NCBI GenBank assembly: GCA_964605725.1
Contig: CAZSDQ010000002.1
Coordinates: 5,600-69,599 of the forward strand
Origin: an uncultured Candidatus Saccharibacteria bacterium
GTDB taxonomy: Bacteria > Patescibacteriota > WWE3 > UBA101185 > UBA10185
Direction of reading: 5' to 3'
Length of the DNA stretch: 64,000 nucleotides
Position numbers and translations under genes: made by a program. Below the pieces are notes generated by a model. The model had not been told where the DNA came from and ran no database searches. It saw nothing but the letters and a program-made list of their open reading frames with translations. Position 1 is the stretch's first letter. The number at the start of each line of letters is the position of its first letter. Positions 45,309 through 53,852 of the stretch are shown here, piece after piece.

Positions 45309-47057
45309 TTGCTTAATGTTTTGTTGAGCAATATAATTACCTTAATGGCTTCAGCTTACATGCCCCAATCCAATAGACAACATCCGGTTCCTCAGAATAT
45401 TATGGATGTTGAGTTTAAACTTATAGGTGAGTTGACGATGCGTCAGTTTTCTTATCTATTAGTATTTGGTTTAGCTTCTTACCTAAGTCTGAAAGGAATA
45501 CCGGGCCTATTTAGAGTACCCACAGCCTTGTTTTTTGGTTTACTTGCTTTGGGTTTAGCTTTTGTTCCTGTTGGGGAAAGGGGTTTGGACGAGTGGATAG
45601 TAAATTTTTTTAAATCAATTAATTCTCCTACTCAAAGAAAATGGTTGAAAGAGCCTCAATTACCCACGGCGTTTTTGTATGATAACTTGGCTATTGTTCA
45701 GCACGAGATGATTACACTTGCTCCTACTTCCAGTCGTAGAAAACTTGAAGAGTATTTAAAATTTAAATCTTATGAGAGTGACGAGGATCCCCTCGATATT
45801 CCTGAAAAATCCTATGTTATGAAACTAAAACAAATTTATCAGGATACTTACAGCCCCGAACTAACTGGCGGTGTTGGAGTACTTGTGGATGAGCCCGAAG
45901 TATCGGTAGGTCCAGAAATCCCAAATATCCCGGGTGTTCCTGTTATTCCGGAGGATGCAGAACCCAAATATAATTTAGAAAATGAAGAACCTAATAAAGA
46001 AACAGATAAGTTAACTTCGGAATATAAAGCATTTTCTAGTACTGAAGATTTTGGTAAGGAAGTTTTAAAAGAAGCTAAGGTAAGCGAAGAGTTTAAAACC
46101 GAGCAAACACCGCCGGTTCCCCCGATTTTACAAAAATCAAAATTTGTTGATACCGGTGTTAACAGACAAAGGATGAGAAGGGGGAGTGTTTCCGCAAAAA
46201 CTAGTATGCGAAATATTTCTCAACCACCAAGCGAATTGGATATGTATTCATACAGTTCAGTTACACCTGATATGCATTCAGGAAGAAAGTTTACTAATTT
46301 GGTACCTTCAGAAGGTGAGATAGTGTTGCCAATCAGGGGTGAGAGAGTGTTGAGTACTTCCGTAGAGCAGTCAATCGATAGCGATATTCAGGAAAAAGCC
46401 AGAAAACTCGAGGAACTTTTACAAAAAATTAGTCAGGAGGAGGGCGTGGTAATTAAAAAACCCCCTGTCCAAAAACCTGTTGCAACTCCAGTAGATAGGA
46501 TAGCGGAGGAAATGGCAGAGAAACTTAAAAAACAAAATGAAGAGCTAAACATTGAAATTAAGAGATTAAAAGATCAAATACAGAAAGGGAAATCTTCTTC
46601 AGTAGAAACCAGTGAGCAGGAAAATCTTCTTCAAAAACTTGAATCTCAAAAAGGCGATATATCATCCAGTTATTCCGAATTAAGAAAGCAAGTTCAGGAT
46701 TTACAAATGAAGTTGGATGAAAAAGTTAAAGTTTCTACGGGCGAGGAGTTTTTAAATAAGGTAAAAAAACAACTTCCTGTTTTGACTGACACACCTAATG
46801 TTCTGACAGGTGTGGTAAGGGATGCAGAAGGAAAAAATTTAGGTGACACACTTCTGATAGTAAAGAACAGCAGAGGAGATACTATTAGAGCATTGAAAAC
46901 AAATTCTTTGGGTCAATTTGTTGTATCTACACCTCTTCAGAACGGAACCTATACTGTAGAAGTAAGTCCGGTTAACAAAACTAATTTAACATTTGCTATA
47001 ATTCCTATTGAAGTAAAAGGAGAAGTAATACCTACATTAGATGTGATAGGAAAATAA
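45309..47057 (+). CDS. PrgI/VirB3-like membrane protein with a long coiled-coil extension and a C-terminal carboxypeptidase-regulatory-like beta domain
   Basis: N-terminus LTMRQFSYLLVFGLASYL...ALFFGLLALGLAFVPVGERGLDEWIVNFF...QRKW resembles PrgI-family T4SS components. A coiled-coil follows, then the C-terminal GVVRDAEGKNLGDTLLIV...GTYTVEVS segment. Likely real starts are internal Mets at ~45360 or 45402. Confidence 0.45.
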   Translation: MLNVLLSNIITLMASAYMPQSNRQHPVPQNIMDVEFKLIGELTMRQFSYLLVFGLASYLSLKGIPGLFRVPTALFFGLLALGLAFVPVGERGLDEWIVNFFKSINSPTQRKWLKEPQLPTAFLYDNLAIVQHEMITLAPTSSRRKLEEYLKFKSYESDEDPLDIPEKSYVMKLKQIYQDTYSPELTGGVGVLVDEPEVSVGPEIPNIPGVPVIPEDAEPKYNLENEEPNKETDKLTSEYKAFSSTEDFGKEVLKEAKVSEEFKTEQTPPVPPILQKSKFVDTGVNRQRMRRGSVSAKTSMRNISQPPSELDMYSYSSVTPDMHSGRKFTNLVPSEGEIVLPIRGERVLSTSVEQSIDSDIQEKARKLEELLQKISQEEGVVIKKPPVQKPVATPVDRIAEEMAEKLKKQNEELNIEIKRLKDQIQKGKSSSVETSEQENLLQKLESQKGDISSSYSELRKQVQDLQMKLDEKVKVSTGEEFLNKVKKQLPVLTDTPNVLTGVVRDAEGKNLGDTLLIVKNSRGDTIRALKTNSLGQFVVSTPLQNGTYTVEVSPVNKTNLTFAIIPIEVKGEVIPTLDVIGK

Positions 47058-47059
47058 AT

Positions 47060-47767
47060 ATGTCTGCCCAAGAGATTATATCTACAACTCAAGATCATTT
47101 AGACATCTTTGATATTAAGGATAATTTCGCTGTATTAAAAAACGGAACAGTTTGTGCAGTCATACAAACTACTGCAGTAAATTTTGACCTGCTTTCAGAA
47201 ATTGAACAGGACGCGATAATTGCGGCTTTTTCAATGCTATTAAATTCCATTACATTTCCATTACAAGTAGTCATCAGATCAAGAAAATTGGATATATCAA
47301 AATACGTAGAAAAAGTTAGAAAAGTAGAATCCAAAATAATAGACCCCCTCCTAAAACATCAGGCTGAGTCATACAGAAAATTTGTTCAAGATGTAATTAA
47401 GGTTAATGAAGTTTTAGATAAGAAATTTTATGTTGTAGTTTCGACAACTAACGTAGTTGTAACTCAAAAAGGAGGCGGTGCTTTTGATTGGATGTTAAAG
47501 CTATCTGGGATGCAAAATAAAAGAGTTGGTGTTGTTAATGTTGAAAAAATATTGCAGGACGGACGTACCCAACTTAGCCCTAGAATTGACCATGTAATTA
47601 GAGAATTTGGAAGAATAGGAATTAAATGCAAACAACTAACCACACAAGAATTAGTGGAACTTTATTTTGATATCTATAACCCAAGTAATATTCACGGTCA
47701 GAGAATAAGAACCAATTTAGATGATTATAAGACTGCCATTGTAAACCCGGCAATCATAGAGGAATAG
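47060..47767 (+). CDS. VirB4 N-terminal-domain-like protein (no ATPase domain)
   Basis: IFDIKDNFAVLKNGTVCAVIQTTAVNFDLLSEIEQDAIIAAFSMLLNSITFPLQVVIRS parallels the N-domain of Gram-positive VirB4 homologs and of the downstream ORF. Translationally coupled to its neighbours. Confidence 0.4.
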   Translation: MSAQEIISTTQDHLDIFDIKDNFAVLKNGTVCAVIQTTAVNFDLLSEIEQDAIIAAFSMLLNSITFPLQVVIRSRKLDISKYVEKVRKVESKIIDPLLKHQAESYRKFVQDVIKVNEVLDKKFYVVVSTTNVVVTQKGGGAFDWMLKLSGMQNKRVGVVNVEKILQDGRTQLSPRIDHVIREFGRIGIKCKQLTTQELVELYFDIYNPSNIHGQRIRTNLDDYKTAIVNPAIIEE

Positions 47768-47770
47768 AAT

Positions 47771-50317
47771 ATGGCGTTAAATATTTTTGATTTATTTAAA
47801 AAAAGTACAAAAAAAACTGTAAGTAACACGGGCGACACGGCTGAGGTGGAGAAAACTCCACCTGAAATATTGGCTGAAGGAATGATGAATGTTAGAGATA
47901 TAATCGCTCCTTCGGCTATTGAAGTTGACTTCAACGATATAAGAATCGGCGATATGTATTACAGAACTTTTTTTGTTTCCGGATACCCGAGATTTGTCGG
48001 TGCAAACTGGCTCTCTCCGGTTATAAATTTTGATCACACTCTTTTGATTTCAATGTTTTATTATCCGGTAAAATCAAAAGTAATTTTAGATGATTTAAGA
48101 AAAAAAATAACTGAATTGGAAGCAACAACAATGACTAACAGGGAGAAGGGAAAAATTTCTGACCCTGTGGTAGAGGCGGCGCTTGAGGATGCAACTGCCT
48201 TACAAGAACAGTTAGTCAAGGGAGTTGAAAAGTATTTTCAATTTTCTTTTTACATTACTATTCCGGCATACGAGAAAGAAGAGTTAGATAATGTTAGTTC
48301 TAAGCTCGAATCTCTTCTTGCATCTTTATTGTTGATATCAAAAACTTCTGCCTTGCAAATGGAGGATGCATTTAGATCTTGTATACCTACTGGGATAGAC
48401 AGATTGATGGTTACAAGAAATATGGATACGACAAGTTTAGCAACTACGTTTCCTTTTACGTCATCTGATTTAACTATGGAAGAAGGGATAATGTATGGAA
48501 TAAATAAACATAATGGATCACTAGTAATATTTGACCGTTTCTCGATGGAAAACGCTAATTCAGTTGTATTTGCTAAATCCGGTGCTGGAAAATCTTACTT
48601 CGTGAAATTGGAGGCTTTAAGACACTTAGTATTTGGTGCGCACGTGATGATAATTGATCCGGAAGAAGAGTACTATAATCTTTGCGAAGTTGTTGGCGGA
48701 AATTATATTGGTTTTTCGGCTAATTCTAAACATAAAATAAACCCATTTGATCTTTCCGGAATTGCTACTGAAGGGGAGAACGAATTGGGTCAGAAACTTA
48801 TTTCCTTGGTAACTTTACTAAAATTAATGATGGGTCAGCTAAATTCAACCGAGGAGGCGATTCTCGACCGAGCTTTAATTGAGACTTACAGAATGAAGGG
48901 TATCACCACAGATCCTGATACACAAAGTAGTAAAGAACCACCTGTAATGGAGGATTTATACAAGGTTTTATTGGGTGGTAGTGAGCCTGAATCTAAAACT
49001 ATGGCTGATAGATTAGAGAAATTCATTAAAGGTTCAATGGCAGGGATTTTTGATTCGCAGTCAAATATAAATCTGGAAAGTAGTATGACGGTGTTTTCAA
49101 CTAAGAACCTTGAGGATGCATTAAGACCAATTGCTTTTTATATGATATTGGATTTCGTCTGGACTACTATTAGGAGGGATTTAAGGAAAAGAATATTGAT
49201 AGTAGAGGAGGCTTGGTATTTAATGCAAAATCCCGATAGTGCAAGATTTATATACGGTATAGCTAAAAGAGCCAGAAAATATTATTTAGGTTTGACTACT
49301 ATATCTCAGGATGTAGATGACTTTTTGACATCCGAATATGGGAAAGCTGTAGTTACAAACTCATCTATTCAGATGTTATTTAAACAGCATCCCGCAGCCA
49401 TAGATAAAGTTGTTGAAACATTCTATCTTTCTGAAGGAGAGAAAAGATTTTTACTATCAGCGGGTGTTGGGGAGGGTCTGTTTTTCGCTGGATCCAATCA
49501 CGTAGCTATAAAGGTTATGGCTTCGGAATCAGAACATAAGCTTATAACTACAAATCCCGAGGAAGTTTTAAAATTAAAAGAAGAAAGACGACTTGAAGAG
49601 AAAAAAGGACAGTTGGATTTGGCAAGGAAAGAGGAACTTAGAATGGAGTATAAACCTTATAAAGCTCCTGAACCGATGGACAAGTACACAACATTTGATG
49701 AATTAGGGGAAACTAAACAGGAATTTAAATCTATCAAAAATTATGAGAATGAAAATATAAATTCTGAAGTTAATAAAACGGTACCAATTGAAACTAAACC
49801 TGTACTGGAGCCAAAAAGTGATTTAACAATAAAATCCAAAATTGTTGACAAAGTTGTTCCGGAGCCTCAGAAAACTGTTCAGAAACCTATGAACGAGACT
49901 AATCTTCAAAAAGATCAGAAGCCTATTGTTATAGATTTGAATAAAAAAAATCAGACTTTTGATGCTGGAATAACTAACAATCCCGCACCTACTTTTAAAT
50001 CTGCACCTGCTCCTGAAAATGTCTCTGTTTCTAAGCCTACTCCAGCGCCCACACTTACACCTTCACCTGTTCCTACACCTACGCAGGTTATTAATCAAAA
50101 TAATCAACAGTCTCAACCATCTGCACAAAAACCTAAAAATATCCTCGACAATAAAGTCATTGAGTTAAGGAAAAGGATGTTACAGGACGAGGATAGTTTC
50201 TTAGATAACGCTCCATCTGCAAATGAGATTATGGACTCTGTAGAGGAGATGAAAAGAAACAAACCAATGATTAATAACCAGCCGCCGATTCAGAATAACC
50301 CAACAATCCAACAATAA
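47771..50317 (+). CDS. VirB4/TraE/CagE-like type IV secretion/conjugation ATPase with a Pro/Thr/Gln-rich C-terminal tail
   Basis: VirB4 N-domain pattern (IAPSAIEVDFNDIRIGDMYYRTFFVSGYPRFVGANWLSPV), Walker A VVFAKSGAGKSYF and Walker B ILIVEEAWYLM (DEAW-type). The last ~200 aa are low-complexity (APAPTFKSAPAPENV...PTPAPTLTPSPVPTPTQ). Confidence 0.7.
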   Translation: MALNIFDLFKKSTKKTVSNTGDTAEVEKTPPEILAEGMMNVRDIIAPSAIEVDFNDIRIGDMYYRTFFVSGYPRFVGANWLSPVINFDHTLLISMFYYPVKSKVILDDLRKKITELEATTMTNREKGKISDPVVEAALEDATALQEQLVKGVEKYFQFSFYITIPAYEKEELDNVSSKLESLLASLLLISKTSALQMEDAFRSCIPTGIDRLMVTRNMDTTSLATTFPFTSSDLTMEEGIMYGINKHNGSLVIFDRFSMENANSVVFAKSGAGKSYFVKLEALRHLVFGAHVMIIDPEEEYYNLCEVVGGNYIGFSANSKHKINPFDLSGIATEGENELGQKLISLVTLLKLMMGQLNSTEEAILDRALIETYRMKGITTDPDTQSSKEPPVMEDLYKVLLGGSEPESKTMADRLEKFIKGSMAGIFDSQSNINLESSMTVFSTKNLEDALRPIAFYMILDFVWTTIRRDLRKRILIVEEAWYLMQNPDSARFIYGIAKRARKYYLGLTTISQDVDDFLTSEYGKAVVTNSSIQMLFKQHPAAIDKVVETFYLSEGEKRFLLSAGVGEGLFFAGSNHVAIKVMASESEHKLITTNPEEVLKLKEERRLEEKKGQLDLARKEELRMEYKPYKAPEPMDKYTTFDELGETKQEFKSIKNYENENINSEVNKTVPIETKPVLEPKSDLTIKSKIVDKVVPEPQKTVQKPMNETNLQKDQKPIVIDLNKKNQTFDAGITNNPAPTFKSAPAPENVSVSKPTPAPTLTPSPVPTPTQVINQNNQQSQPSAQKPKNILDNKVIELRKRMLQDEDSFLDNAPSANEIMDSVEEMKRNKPMINNQPPIQNNPTIQQ

Positions 50318-50320
50318 AGA

Positions 50321-51427
50321 CTAGATTTGCATCGGCATAATAATATGGATGAAGTCTTTAATCCCGTCCGGTACAAATGTACAGGGTGATAAGTTGCCGT
50401 TAGATTTAAATTCAATATTTTCTGATTTCACATTTCCCAAGAAATCTAAAAGATACTTCGAGTTGAATGCAATTTCTACAAGCTCCCCTTCAACTTCAGC
50501 ATTTAGATTGCTTTCGTGCTGGCCAGTCTCTTCTGAAAGTGATGTGATTTTAATTTTTCCTTCAGGATCAAATCTAACTTTGATAGTACTGTTCCCCTCC
50601 TTTGCAAAGATGTCAGTTAACCTAACCGCCTCTGTAAATTCCAAAGTTGAAAAATTTGCTTTGACTACGTGTTCAGTCGGTATTATCTTTTTATAATCAG
50701 GATAGTCTCCATCAAGCACTCTAGTGGCAATTAAAGTATCTTCCGCTCTAAACAACCCTAAGTTTTCATCTTGGTTTAATGTAAACTCAATTGGTTCCGA
50801 AGAAGTTGAAAATATTTTAGCTACCTCAAGGAGTGTTTTGGCCGGTATTACAACCTTAAAGTCGCTAATCTCACCTTTAATTTTAATATTTTTTTCCGAT
50901 AGTCTAAAACCATCCGTTGATGTTATTGTTAGCTTCTCTTTCGAGTAGTCCATATAAATTCCTGTAAATATTGGTCTGCTGGTATCTACTCCGGAGGCAA
51001 AAGCTACAACCCCAACCACACTGTTTAATAATCCGGGATCTATAGATAAACCTTTAGCATTTTTAGGAAAAGACGGTAATTCAGGAAAATCTTTTGCACT
51101 GCTTCCGTTAAATTTGGATTTTGTAGATTTTGAATTTACAACGAGTATCTCATCTTTGACAGTTGCGTTAATGGTACCGGGCGACAGATTAGATATAAAA
51201 TCTTTTAATAATCTTGCCGGAACTGTAATAGAACCTTCCTCTTCAATGGATGCACCTACATATGTAGTTATAGCGGTTTCCAAATTTGTCGCCGACAGTT
51301 TTATTCTTCCCTTATCGGTTTCTATTAAAACATTTGATAAAATAGGCAAAGAACTTTTAGCCGGTATGGCGTGCATTATGGTCTGTAGACCTTTAGAAAG
51401 ATTTTCCTGCAGGAAAGAAAATTTCAT
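50321..51427 (-). CDS. dnaN: DNA polymerase III beta subunit (sliding clamp)
   Basis: MKFSFLQENLSKGLQTI...LPILSNVLIE...LSATNLE N-terminus and a three-domain length of 368 aa. Confidence 0.85.
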   Translation of the reverse strand: MKFSFLQENLSKGLQTIMHAIPAKSSLPILSNVLIETDKGRIKLSATNLETAITTYVGASIEEEGSITVPARLLKDFISNLSPGTINATVKDEILVVNSKSTKSKFNGSSAKDFPELPSFPKNAKGLSIDPGLLNSVVGVVAFASGVDTSRPIFTGIYMDYSKEKLTITSTDGFRLSEKNIKIKGEISDFKVVIPAKTLLEVAKIFSTSSEPIEFTLNQDENLGLFRAEDTLIATRVLDGDYPDYKKIIPTEHVVKANFSTLEFTEAVRLTDIFAKEGNSTIKVRFDPEGKIKITSLSEETGQHESNLNAEVEGELVEIAFNSKYLLDFLGNVKSENIEFKSNGNLSPCTFVPDGIKDFIHIIMPMQI

Positions 51428-51436
51428 TTTTTATAT

Positions 51437-51910
51437 TTATTCCTTTTTACCTTTATTTAATTTTTTTGGTTTTAATACAACTCTTCTATCCTCTCCTTCG
51501 CCCGTGCTTTCCGATTCTATATCATCGTATTCAGAAACTAGAACATGAATTTGTCTTCTCTCCCAGGGACTCATTCTTGGCATCTCCACATCTTTTTGAA
51601 AAAACCTGACTTTGTCAATGAAGGTTTTGGCCATGTCCTGAATTTTTTCGGTTTTTCTACTTTTGTAATCATTGATATCTAAAGTAATTAAAGGTTGTAT
51701 TTGAGTTTCTCTGTATATCATTAACCTTAAAATATTTTGTAATCCATCTAAAGATTGTCCCCTAAAGCCAATTAAAAAATTTAAATCATCCCCTGAAACA
51801 GTAACATTAAAATTATTTTCCTCAATTTCTTCGACGGAAAGTTCAGGCTTAATGCCAATATACTGAAAAATTTTATTCATTTTTTTCTTAATTAGTTCTT
51901 TTGTATCCAT
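51437..51910 (-). CDS. jag: Jag/KhpB RNA-binding protein (KH-like + R3H)
   Basis: C-terminal R3H motif MSPWERRQIHVLV; positioned downstream of yidC. Confidence 0.7.
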   Translation of the reverse strand: MDTKELIKKKMNKIFQYIGIKPELSVEEIEENNFNVTVSGDDLNFLIGFRGQSLDGLQNILRLMIYRETQIQPLITLDINDYKSRKTEKIQDMAKTFIDKVRFFQKDVEMPRMSPWERRQIHVLVSEYDDIESESTGEGEDRRVVLKPKKLNKGKKE

Positions 51911-51944
51911 ATTAATTAGTAATTAAGGTAAGTTAGCAGAATAA

Positions 51945-52721
51945 CTACGAACTCTTTTTACCAGATTTCAACTTATTAATAAAGGGTTTTAAACCACCCC
52001 AGCCTGAGAAGAAATAAGTTTGTCCAATCTGAAACACTGTTGATATGAAGATATAGAGCATAACTCCCGACGGCAAAGTGATACCGAATATGAAAAACAT
52101 TAAGGGCATGATGTATTGGTTTTGCTTCTGCATCGCTTGCATCATATCGTCTGCCTGTCCGGGTGTTTGTTTTACAGCTTTATTTGAAACTTTTGTGAAA
52201 GGAGACATCATTTTTGTGGCAACAAATTGAGCCACTACAGTAAGGATTGTCAGTATCAAATAAGGATCAGGTTTTGTTAAATTTAAATGTAAAAATTTTG
52301 TAGCAAGTGCTTCATCGTGTGCAAATTTAAAAGAATCTATATAAATTCTACTGTTTAGAGCCACTAGATCGCTCGCAGTTGTCAAAGTCGTCAAAGACCT
52401 GTAAATAGCAATCATTAGAACAAATGTAATTAAGGTTGTTATACAGCCCGCACCGGGGTTAATTCCGTGTTTCTTGAAAAGATCCATCTGAAGCTCGGCT
52501 TGTTTTTTCTTATCATATTTGAATTTTTGTTTTATTTTCTCTAATTCAGGTTGAATGTCCCTTTGCTTTTTTGCCATCTTTATAGAAGGCATTGTAGCTG
52601 GGATTAGGGCAGCCTTAGCAATTATTGTGAACAAGATTATTGAAACACCGAGGTTGCCGAATATCCTGTACAAAACTATGAGTAGATTAAATATCGGATT
52701 TATTAATATTGTATTCCACAT
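51945..52721 (-). CDS. yidC: membrane protein insertase YidC (short form)
   Basis: YidC/Oxa1 core with 5 TM helices (ALIPATMPSIKMAKKQRDIQPELEKIKQKFKYD) in the conserved rnpA-yidD-yidC context. Confidence 0.8.
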   Translation of the reverse strand: MWNTILINPIFNLLIVLYRIFGNLGVSIILFTIIAKAALIPATMPSIKMAKKQRDIQPELEKIKQKFKYDKKKQAELQMDLFKKHGINPGAGCITTLITFVLMIAIYRSLTTLTTASDLVALNSRIYIDSFKFAHDEALATKFLHLNLTKPDPYLILTILTVVAQFVATKMMSPFTKVSNKAVKQTPGQADDMMQAMQKQNQYIMPLMFFIFGITLPSGVMLYIFISTVFQIGQTYFFSGWGGLKPFINKLKSGKKSS

Positions 52722-52744
52722 AATTATTTAAATATCTTTCTAAT

Positions 52745-52969
52745 TTACTTCACAGGATCGTGCCCACCCTTAGAAAAAGGATTGCATCTTAGTATTCTAC
52801 CAAATCCCATCAAGCTTCCTTTTAAAACTCCGTATTTTTCAATCGCTTGATAAGTATATTCAGAGCAGGTTGGGGTGTACCTGCACACTTTAAACCCTTT
52901 GTTATCAAGAGAAAGATGCTTCTTGTAAAATTTTATTAAATTCAGAGCTAATTTCTTCATATTCGACAT
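52745..52969 (-). CDS. yidD: membrane protein insertion efficiency factor YidD
   Basis: [23 protein letters not shown]...[12 protein letters not shown] matches the YidD/DUF37 signature. Confidence 0.75.
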   Translation of the reverse strand: MSNMKKLALNLIKFYKKHLSLDNKGFKVCRYTPTCSEYTYQAIEKYGVLKGSLMGFGRILRCNPFSKGGHDPVK

Positions 52970-53252
52970 TAGTACAGGCAGTTTTGGGATGAATAACTAC
53001 CCATAAACCTTTATCACTAACTGATTCAAAATTTTTTCTAATTATATCCCTAAATATTCTTTTTATTCTATTTCTTACAACAGCTCTTTTATCAAATTTA
53101 TTGGAAACCACCACCCCGGCTTTTGTTGGTCCCTCGTAATTTTTTGGCTTAAGAAAATAAATATGAAAATATTTACCTTTGTAATACTTACCGTATTTTC
53201 TGGTAACGTTAAATTCAAAATTAGAAGATAGTCTATTTTCCTTTTTAAGCAT
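52905..53252 (-). CDS. rnpA: RNase P protein component
   Basis: Basic protein with [35 protein letters not shown]; downstream of rpmH. Confidence 0.75.
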   Translation of the reverse strand: MLKKENRLSSNFEFNVTRKYGKYYKGKYFHIYFLKPKNYEGPTKAGVVVSNKFDKRAVVRNRIKRIFRDIIRKNFESVSDKGLWVVIHPKTACTNVEYEEISSEFNKILQEASFS

Positions 53253-53272
53253 TAGAAGGTTTAAAGAGCGGT

Positions 53273-53446
53273 TTATCTTTTATGGTCTACTTTACTTCTC
53301 TTCGAGACAACAAGTTTTTTTCTTCCTTTAGCCATTCTTCTTTTAATAACATTTTTACCGCCCGGTGTGGACATTCTTTCCATAAATCCGTGCTTTTTTA
53401 TTCTTTTTCTTTTTTTAGGCTGCCATGTTCTTTTTGTTTTCGGCAT
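53273..53446 (-). CDS. rpmH: 50S ribosomal protein L34
   Basis: Not in the supplied ORF track. The reverse strand encodes [47 protein letters not shown]... with an aggag RBS. Confidence 0.75.
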   Translation of the reverse strand: MPKTKRTWQPKKRKRIKKHGFMERMSTPGGKNVIKRRMAKGRKKLVVSKRSKVDHKR

Positions 53447-53505
53447 AATTATTACTCCTTAATTACAGGTGGAGTTTATAAGATAATTGCGGTATAGTCA
53501 ACAAT

Positions 53506-53847
53506 ATGAACGAACAAAAACCGTTAATAAAATTTGATGATTTTTCAAAAGTGGACATGAGAATTGGTTATGTAGAGAGTGCCGAGGAAATTGAAGGTTC
53601 CGATAAGCTAATAAAAATGCAGGTAGATTTTGGGGATATGGGTAAAAGACAAATACTGGCGGGAATTAAATCTAATTACACTCCTGCAGATTTGGTCGGA
53701 AAAAAACTTCCGTTTGTGGTTAATATTGAACCCAGGAAAATTATGGGAAATGAGTCTCAAGGAATGATTTTAGCTGCAGATTTTGAAGATAAGCCTGTAA
53801 TATTCCATTTAGAAAAAGATGTAAGCAACGGTACTCTAATTAGATAA
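53506..53847 (+). CDS. csaA: tRNA-binding protein (CsaA/Trbp111 EMAP-like OB fold)
   Basis: DFSKVDMRIGYVESAEEIEGSDKLIKMQVDFGD...QILAGI...VGKKLPFVVNIEPRKIMGNESQGMILAA matches the MetRS-C/CsaA tRNA-binding domain. Confidence 0.75.
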   Translation: MNEQKPLIKFDDFSKVDMRIGYVESAEEIEGSDKLIKMQVDFGDMGKRQILAGIKSNYTPADLVGKKLPFVVNIEPRKIMGNESQGMILAADFEDKPVIFHLEKDVSNGTLIR

Positions 53848-53852
53848 TTAAA

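Noticed and set aside
53282-53497. 71-aa plus-strand ORF
   Set aside because: It is antisense to rpmH (L34), which is clearly encoded on the minus strand with an RBS. The translation is Ser/Phe-rich and nonsensical.
53447-53505. Candidate oriC/DnaA-box cluster in the rpmH-csaA divergent intergenic region
   Set aside because: The spacer is only ~60 bp and contains no TTATCCACA-like 9-mers. No AT-rich unwinding element or repeated boxes are visible.
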